Shown here in pieces: positions 58,138 through 64,000 of a DNA stretch of 64,000 bases. A model generated the notes under the pieces. That model was given only the letters and a program-made list of their open reading frames with translations, was not told where the DNA came from and searched no databases. Positions within the stretch are counted from its first letter, which is position 1. Each line of letters opens with the position of its first letter. Both the position numbers and the translations under genes were made by a program. The stretch comes from an uncultured bacterium (GTDB taxonomy: Bacteria; Hinthialibacterota; Hinthialibacteria; OLB16): assembly GCA_964481775.1 (NCBI GenBank), contig CAYZUX010000001.1, forward strand, positions 16,840 to 80,839, in the 5' to 3' direction.

Positions 58138-59727
58138 ATGTTCAATTGTTTTTATTGGGGCATTCTCGAAACCATTTTCCTGGTATTATGCACGTGGCTT
58201 TCATGCTTTCCTTTGCTGGCATCGACAGAGGCTGAATCCTTGGATAGATTGCCATACCGACTAGTCTGGGAGGATGCTTTTGAAGGTGAGGAAATTGATC
58301 CGGCAGACTGGGAGCATGAGGAATTTCCCGGGGTCGCGAGTGGAAATAACGAACTTCAGTATTATACCAAAAGGAAGGAAAATTGTTTTATCCGGAATGG
58401 CTGTCTGGTCATTCAGGCCATCAGGGAGAGGTACCTGGAGCATGACTACACTTCGGCAAGGATAAAGACAGCCAACAAACATGATTTCAGGTTCGGGAAG
58501 ATCGAGGCCCGTATCAAGCTTCCGTCATCAAGAGGTGTATGGCCTGCATTCTGGATGCTTCCGTCTGAATCAATCTATGGTCCCTGGCCACTCAGTGGTG
58601 AAATTGATATCGTTGAATCTGTGAATGATGCTCAACAGGTTCATGGGACCATCCATTATGGAACTCCTGCTCATGTGTACCGTGGGGCGGCATTCCCGGC
58701 AAAGAAGGGAGATCCCCATGTTGATTTTTCAAATGATTTCCATGTTTATACCGTCCTATGGGAGCCTGACTCTATCCGCTGGTTAATCGATGGGCAGGAA
58801 TACGGGTGTCAGACTGAATGGTCATCCGCGGTTGAACCTTTTCCTGCACCCTTTGATCAGAAGTTCCATTTGATACTCAATTTGGCGGTCGGAGGTTACT
58901 GGCCGGGGCCTCCCGACACAACCAGCGTATTCCCGCAGGAACTGGTGGTGGATTGGGTTCGTGTTTACCAGGTGGAGCACAGTGATCCAGAGATCCGAAT
59001 TATCACCCCTGAACCGGATGCCCATATTCAGGCAGGAACTGTGGTGTCCATTTCAGCGGAGGCCTCAGATCCGGATGGAAAAGTCGAGCGAGTCCTTTTT
59101 TATATGGGAAAAGATTTGGTGGCTGAGTGCCTGGAACCCCCGTATCAAGTTAACCTGAAGAATCTTAAAGATGGTTGCTACCAGCTCACAAGTGTGGCTC
59201 TGGATGGACTCGGGGGTGTTGCCAAAGATTCAGTGCGGTTCACTTTAGGAGCAGGTTGCCCCCCTCGCCCTTTCCACGGCAACCCCCTGGAAGTTCCCGG
59301 ACGTATTGAAGCGGAATGGTTTGATGAAGGAATTGACGGGCAGGCTTATCACGACACGGATAATTACAACCGGGGTGGCGCATTCCGTCCCCAATCGGGT
59401 GTTGATATCGAACGGTGTAACGATGGAGATCATGGCTTGGCCTGGCTGGAAGCAGGAGAATGGACCGATTATTCCATCACTGTCAGGGAAGCTGGTCTCT
59501 ATCGGATTACCGCGAAGATTGCTGCTCCCGAATCAGGAGGAAAGTTTCACATCGAATTCGGAAAGAATCAGAAGGACATTTCAGCTCAGGTTCCCGGGAC
59601 AGGTGGCTGGCAGATCTATAAGGAATTTCCAGTCGGGGAAATTCATCTCGTTCCGGGCGAACAGAAAATGAGATTGGCAGTCGATCATCCGGGCTTCAAC
59701 CTGTCTTGCATCGAGATCATCAAGTAA
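58138..59727 (+). CDS. Secreted GH16 endo-beta-1,3-glucanase (laminarinase-type) with an Ig-like spacer and a C-terminal CBM6
   Basis: Classic GH16 catalytic motif WPAFWMLPS...GEIDIVESV (E-I-D-I-V-E) preceded by NELQYYT. The C-terminal ~130 aa resemble CBM6 (RIEAEWFDEGIDGQAYHDTDNYNRGG...GEWTDYSITV..). Confidence 0.85.
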   Translation: MFNCFYWGILETIFLVLCTWLSCFPLLASTEAESLDRLPYRLVWEDAFEGEEIDPADWEHEEFPGVASGNNELQYYTKRKENCFIRNGCLVIQAIRERYLEHDYTSARIKTANKHDFRFGKIEARIKLPSSRGVWPAFWMLPSESIYGPWPLSGEIDIVESVNDAQQVHGTIHYGTPAHVYRGAAFPAKKGDPHVDFSNDFHVYTVLWEPDSIRWLIDGQEYGCQTEWSSAVEPFPAPFDQKFHLILNLAVGGYWPGPPDTTSVFPQELVVDWVRVYQVEHSDPEIRIITPEPDAHIQAGTVVSISAEASDPDGKVERVLFYMGKDLVAECLEPPYQVNLKNLKDGCYQLTSVALDGLGGVAKDSVRFTLGAGCPPRPFHGNPLEVPGRIEAEWFDEGIDGQAYHDTDNYNRGGAFRPQSGVDIERCNDGDHGLAWLEAGEWTDYSITVREAGLYRITAKIAAPESGGKFHIEFGKNQKDISAQVPGTGGWQIYKEFPVGEIHLVPGEQKMRLAVDHPGFNLSCIEIIK

Positions 59728-59794
59728 CACCCAAGCCAGTCAATTGAGGTACGTTCGGATAGACTTCGACCCATCAGTGAGTAACACATCATCA

Positions 59795-60616
59795 TCAAGG
59801 ATCAAATTTGGGTATCTCTGTGTAGTTGGTTTTTCCACCTGTCAGATCTTTCCCCCGAACAAGAAAAACCTTGTGTGAATCTCTCTCACTGAGGGGAGTA
59901 AAGATCACCGAGGAAGGCATGTATCGCATGGTGTAACCACAACGCCGCTGAGTCGATCGATTTGGTAAGGAACCATGAATTAACCAGGCATCATGGAAGG
60001 AACACTCACCCTCCTCAAGTTCAATATCGACAACCTTTGATTCATCAATCTCATGATCCTCCAGTGTGCTTTTGAACACATTGGTACCCGGTGGCAGGTC
60101 ACGGTAACGGCGTTCGCGACGTTCCAGGTGCGTGCGCGGGATCACCCTCATGCAACCATTTTCGCGTGTTGAACGATCCACGGCGAGCCAGACAGTCACT
60201 ACCTCAATGGGGGTGATTCTTCCTTTCCAATAATCAGCATCTGTATGCCAGGAGACTGGCAAACCATCCCCACCCGGTTTGGAGATAAAATGGGAAGACC
60301 ATAAGGTGATATTGGGCCCGATCAGTGTTTCTACAGCATTCAGAACACTTGGGTGAGTCAGAAATTTCATCAGGTAAGGGTGTTCGAAGTGAGGGACATC
60401 GAGATGTTCAGGTCGTTTTCCTTTGGGAAGCGTATCAATCAGGAATTCGATATATCGGCGCAGGTCGCCGAGTACATCCGGACTGAACAGCTGACCGAAA
60501 CGGAGAAAGCCTTCTCTACGGTAGACTTCAACCTGATCCGGTGTGGGTATCGGGGAACTTGGTGCCATGTTGCTTACAGACTCTCCTTGCTTTATGACTT
60601 GAAGAATAACAACCAC
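59795..60616 (-). CDS. Phytanoyl-CoA dioxygenase (PhyH) family Fe(II)/2-oxoglutarate oxygenase
   Basis: PhyH-like length and motifs: LPVSWHTDADYW (H-x-D), a later His in MRVIPRTH, and the N-terminal segment YRREGFLRFGQLFSPDVLGDLRRYIE. Confidence 0.65.
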   Translation of the reverse strand: MVVILQVIKQGESVSNMAPSSPIPTPDQVEVYRREGFLRFGQLFSPDVLGDLRRYIEFLIDTLPKGKRPEHLDVPHFEHPYLMKFLTHPSVLNAVETLIGPNITLWSSHFISKPGGDGLPVSWHTDADYWKGRITPIEVVTVWLAVDRSTRENGCMRVIPRTHLERRERRYRDLPPGTNVFKSTLEDHEIDESKVVDIELEEGECSFHDAWLIHGSLPNRSTQRRCGYTMRYMPSSVIFTPLSERDSHKVFLVRGKDLTGGKTNYTEIPKFDP

Positions 60617-60805
60617 TTAAAAAATCCGTGAGGGAAGTCTCAACGGAATCCCTCAGTCGAGATCGATTGGGATTGTAACTCTCCAGTAATGCAGCATCAA
60701 TGGAGTCTGAAACATCCCCTTGGCAATGGTCGCAAAGCATTACCAGTCTTCGAAAATAAGAACCGAATCCTTACACCATGTTCATCAACAGTGAACACGG
60801 TGCGG

Positions 60806-61924
60806 TTATCCATTTCCAGCAAGGTTCATGTAATCAGAAAAGGCAGGGGTCTGACAGGCTATAAAATGATTGGAATCCTTGCGGATGAGCAGATATACAG
60901 CGAGATGATGATCCAGTGAAAATTGATATCCTTTCTCAGGTCCCATCACCATGATGGCTGTCGCATAAGCATCCGCCCAAGCGCACGATGGATGAATGAC
61001 GCTTGCTGAAGCAAGCTGATGAGTAGCTGGCCATCCTGTCCCTGGATCGATCACATGTGAGAAACGTTTTCCATTTTCAATACGAAAGATCCGATAATCA
61101 CCTGAAGTTGCCAAAGCGACACCGGAAAGCCCCACCACCATCTGGGAAACATGATCTTCGTCGATCGGTCTTTCAATCGCCAATCGCCAGATTGTCCCCT
61201 CCGGATTGATTCCGTTTGTACGCACCTCCCCACCCACCTCAATCAGGTAATTGGTGATTCCCAACCTGTCAAACTCTTCCGCCACCTTGTCGACACCATA
61301 TCCCTTTGCCACCGCCGATAGGTCGCACCAGACTGAAGGATGTGTTTTGACAATCATGGTGTTGTTGCGGATCTCGATTTTATGGTGACCCGTGTATTCG
61401 AGTAACTTGGCGATTCTTGTCTCATCTGGATTACCAGTGACTCTTTGTGGACCGAATCCCCACTCGTTGACAAGTGGTCCCATGGTGATATCAAAGGCAC
61501 CCTCAGTCTCTGCGCTTATCTGCTGTGAAATCTGGAACACTTCGATGGTCTCTGGACTCATGACAAATGGGGTTGTAGAAGAATGGTCGTTGAACTGACT
61601 CAATTCGGATTCTTTCCGATAGATCGACATCTTTTCTTCGACCATGCTCAGTTTCTTGTGGGCAGCACTTGATAAAACATCCGGATCCATTTCATCTGAA
61701 AAACTGGCCACTGTAATATGATATGTGGTGCCCATAATCTCACCAGCAAAACGGATTGCACCGGATAGTCCGCTTTTCTTCCATTTGCCGATATAGGTCC
61801 GCAGGGCCTTTCGAAGTCTTTTGGTGAGTATTGAAATTCTTCCAGGGAACACACCCTTTTGGGTGGATTCTTCATGGCTGACACAAATCTGTCTGGTGGA
61901 GAGTCGAGGGGTGTCCGGGGTCAA
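60806..61924 (-). CDS. apbE: FAD:protein FMN transferase (ApbE family)
   Basis: ApbE signatures: SRFNDHS, FDITMGPLVNEWGFGP, SHVIDPGTGWPA and the C-terminal AWADAYATAIMVMG. Confidence 0.8.
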   Translation of the reverse strand: MTPDTPRLSTRQICVSHEESTQKGVFPGRISILTKRLRKALRTYIGKWKKSGLSGAIRFAGEIMGTTYHITVASFSDEMDPDVLSSAAHKKLSMVEEKMSIYRKESELSQFNDHSSTTPFVMSPETIEVFQISQQISAETEGAFDITMGPLVNEWGFGPQRVTGNPDETRIAKLLEYTGHHKIEIRNNTMIVKTHPSVWCDLSAVAKGYGVDKVAEEFDRLGITNYLIEVGGEVRTNGINPEGTIWRLAIERPIDEDHVSQMVVGLSGVALATSGDYRIFRIENGKRFSHVIDPGTGWPATHQLASASVIHPSCAWADAYATAIMVMGPEKGYQFSLDHHLAVYLLIRKDSNHFIACQTPAFSDYMNLAGNG

Positions 61925-62252
61925 TGGCGTGTCACTGTCTGTGATGGCTCTATCACCGTGGATGACCAGATGCCTGGATTGAACGCTGATCGGGAATATG
62001 ATTGACAGCCTGGTATTCCTGTCAAGATCGGAGTGAATGGAATGAATAGCGAACTCTGTCCGGCTGATGTCCCCATGAAACCCAATATTCTCTTTACAGG
62101 AGACAAGAGCGAGAGCACAATGGTTTTTACCGTTACTGCCAGTCTTACACGTGACAGAAAGTGCAAAGGCAATATTGATTGCCTTTCTGGCATTTGGGGG
62201 TAGGGAGATTTTTTGGAAGCTTATCTCTTAATCCCTGAAAGGAACACGCCCC

Positions 62253-63782
62253 ATGGTTACCGGTTCAGAGGAAAAACGATCAAGCTGGGAAAAGGTGGCA
62301 GTCACGCTCCTTCGTTGTGCGATCGGCTGGCATTTCCTGTATGAGGGTGTTACCAAACTGGTCGCCAACCAATGGACAGCCAGGGAGTTCCTCGCCAATG
62401 CGGGAGGCCCTTTTTCGGGATTCTATCGATGGATGGCTTCCTCCGAATCAATGATGGCGGTAGTGGATCCATTGAATATGTATGGTTTGACACTGATCGG
62501 CTTGGCACTGTTCACCGGGATTGCCATTCGGTTAGCCTCGGTTTCGGGAATCATCCTTCTGATGCTTTATTATTGTGCTTATCCACCATTCGGCGGAGCC
62601 TCTTTGGGATATTCCGAAGGTGTCGTCTACCTCGTTAACAGGAATGTCGTTGAGGCGCTTGCGCTTGCGGTCTTTGCCTTGGTACGGGAAAAGGGATATG
62701 GCCTTTATGAACTCATCGATATGTTCAAAAAGGGGATGGCTGTCTCTACGGAATCTGTGCAGGTTAGTTCTCGACGGGAAGCATTAAAGAATCTATCCAC
62801 ACTCCCCATGCTGGGGATTATGGGGGTCGGAGCAGCCAGAGAAATTCAGAAAGTGGGAGTGGATGGTTTTTCCGGAGCGACAAGGAAATTGACCATTCCC
62901 TCCCTTACGGACCTGGCTGGGGAGCTGCCCAAAGGGAGAATTGGAAAATTTGAGATCAGCCGGTTGGTTTTGGGTGGGAATATGATCGGTGGCTGGGCCC
63001 ATTCGCGTGACTTGATTTATGTGCCCGCGCTCTCCATGGCCTACAACACGGAAAAGAAAATCTTTGAGACACTGATGCTGGCGGAGAAAGCGGGTATCAA
63101 TGCCATCAACATCGGTTTTCCCACCAACCCGGTCCTTCAAAAATATAAACAGGTCACAGGGGGAAAAATCCTTGTGATATCCCAGGTAGGGGCTGACAGG
63201 AAGGAGAATGATTACTTCAAGGAAATCAACCAGGCAATCGATTCCGGGGCGGATATCCTTCAGATCCATGGCAATCTTTCAGACTCACTGGTGAAGGATA
63301 AACAGTTTGAAATCATCGCCCGGATGATGGATAAAATCAGGAGCCAGGGATATGTTGCCGGCCTGGGTGCCCACGCCGTTGAGACCCTGGTGGCCTGCCA
63401 GGAGCAGGGGATCATCCCTGATTACTACATGAAAACTCTGCACCATGACCGGTATTGGTCAGCCCATCCCCTGGAAAACCGCGTCCCCTTTGAGGTTACC
63501 GGTGAGAATTCCCCTGACCACAACAAATTCCACGACAACATGTTCTGTCTTTTCCCTGAGGAGGATGTGGCATTCGTGGAGCACACGAAAGTTCCTGTGA
63601 TGGCTTACAAGATACTTGCCGCCGGTGCGATCACTCCCGAGGATGGTTTCAACTGGGCATTTCAAAATGGAGCTGATTTTATCTGTGTTGGCATGTTCGA
63701 TTTCCAGGTTGTTCACAACGTCAATACCACCATCAAGGTTCTGGCCGGTATCAATGAACGTAAACGTGAATGGTTTGCTTAA
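62253..63782 (+). CDS. DoxX-family membrane domain fused to an extracytoplasmic domain bearing a candidate FMN-flavinylation site
   Basis: The N-terminal ~150 aa are DoxX-like (LLRCAIGWHFLYEGVTKL; 3-4 TM helices). Next comes a Tat-like segment SSRREALKNLSTLPMLGIMGVGAA. Immediately after is DGFSGAT (nt ~62862..62882), which matches the Dxx(S/T)GA(T/S) ApbE target motif. The ~300-aa C-terminal domain has unknown fold. Confidence 0.65.
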   Translation: MVTGSEEKRSSWEKVAVTLLRCAIGWHFLYEGVTKLVANQWTAREFLANAGGPFSGFYRWMASSESMMAVVDPLNMYGLTLIGLALFTGIAIRLASVSGIILLMLYYCAYPPFGGASLGYSEGVVYLVNRNVVEALALAVFALVREKGYGLYELIDMFKKGMAVSTESVQVSSRREALKNLSTLPMLGIMGVGAAREIQKVGVDGFSGATRKLTIPSLTDLAGELPKGRIGKFEISRLVLGGNMIGGWAHSRDLIYVPALSMAYNTEKKIFETLMLAEKAGINAINIGFPTNPVLQKYKQVTGGKILVISQVGADRKENDYFKEINQAIDSGADILQIHGNLSDSLVKDKQFEIIARMMDKIRSQGYVAGLGAHAVETLVACQEQGIIPDYYMKTLHHDRYWSAHPLENRVPFEVTGENSPDHNKFHDNMFCLFPEEDVAFVEHTKVPVMAYKILAAGAITPEDGFNWAFQNGADFICVGMFDFQVVHNVNTTIKVLAGINERKREWFA

Positions 63783-63836
63783 TCGGAAGATTCACCGACA
63801 GCCGCTTGTTGAAACCTCATTCTTGCGAAGAGACTG

Positions 63837-63945
63837 TGGATTCCCGCTTTCGCGGGAATGACGAGACCAGCAAAATATTTCGAAAATCGTCATTCCCGCG
63901 AAAGCGGGAATCCACGGTTACCCTTCATTTTCAACAGGCTGCCAG
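63837..63945 (+). repeat. Palindromic intergenic repeat element, copy 2
   Basis: Arms gtggattcccgctttcgcgggaatgacgaga and tcgtcattcccgcgaaagcgggaatccac form a perfect ~29-bp inverted repeat. The tail ggttacccttcattttcaacaggctgc follows. It lies 55 nt after the stop at 63782. Confidence 0.8.
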
Positions 63946-64000
63946 CGCTTTTCTCATCAGGCTGCTAATACTTCGGCACGGCGGGATCAACCTGTTCTGA

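Noticed and set aside
42416-63945. Possible CRISPR repeat (cccgcgaaagcggg-containing ~29-nt repeats)
   Set aside because: There are only two units per site, and they are arranged as inverted (not direct) repeats around a short loop. There are no regularly spaced spacers and no cas genes. They behave as a palindromic hairpin element.
1-64000. Mobile elements, prophage, integrase/transposase, tRNA genes
   Set aside because: I saw no transposase or integrase-like ORFs, no long terminal inverted repeats, and no tRNA-like cloverleaf signatures while reading the intergenic regions. Absence is by eye only; a tRNAscan or ISfinder run would confirm it.

Overview
This 64-kb window is almost entirely protein-coding and reads as an accessory glycan-utilization region. 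It holds about 40 genes in long co-directional operons, and I found no tRNA, rRNA, CRISPR array, transposase or integrase.

The content is dominated by secreted carbohydrate-active proteins:
- right-handed beta-helix proteins, a heparinase II/III-like lyase, and two GH16 modules (one with CBM6);
- a GH94-like (alpha/alpha)6 enzyme, a GH33 sialidase fused to an FGE-sulfatase domain, and a GH140-like module fused to a beta-lactamase-fold domain;
- a three-member family of uncharacterised putative glycosidases.

There are three ABC sugar-uptake loci, each a solute-binding protein plus two permeases with no ATPase, and two LacI regulators.

The most striking feature is three anciently diverged paralogues of a GspG-like pseudopilin. 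Each has a canonical class III (prepilin) leader ending ...R|GFTLIELLIVIAIILILIAIALPNFLEAQ.RAKV and a conserved C-terminal SPTNGT.SNGD motif. Each is co-transcribed inside a different glycan-degradation operon, directly beside beta-helix or CBM-repeat proteins. No T2SS or type IV pilus machinery is present in the window. This looks like a recurrent 'pilin-like plus secreted glycan-binding/degrading protein plus ABC importer' module.

Other notable items:
- an IclR-controlled catabolic operon (2-hydroxyacid dehydrogenase, class III aminotransferase, M20 deacylase, RraA-like aldolase);
- an ApbE flavin transferase next to a DoxX-fusion protein carrying a DGFSGAT flavinylation motif;
- a ~1.15-kb ancient tandem duplication inside one beta-helix gene;
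- a frameshifted beta-helix paralogue;
- a LamG domain split by a beta-propeller insertion;
- a ~110-bp palindromic intergenic element present twice;
- a 0.5-kb GC-rich non-coding stretch of unknown function.

A phylum in or near Planctomycetes/Verrucomicrobia/Lentisphaerae/Kiritimatiellota is a guess from gene content only.
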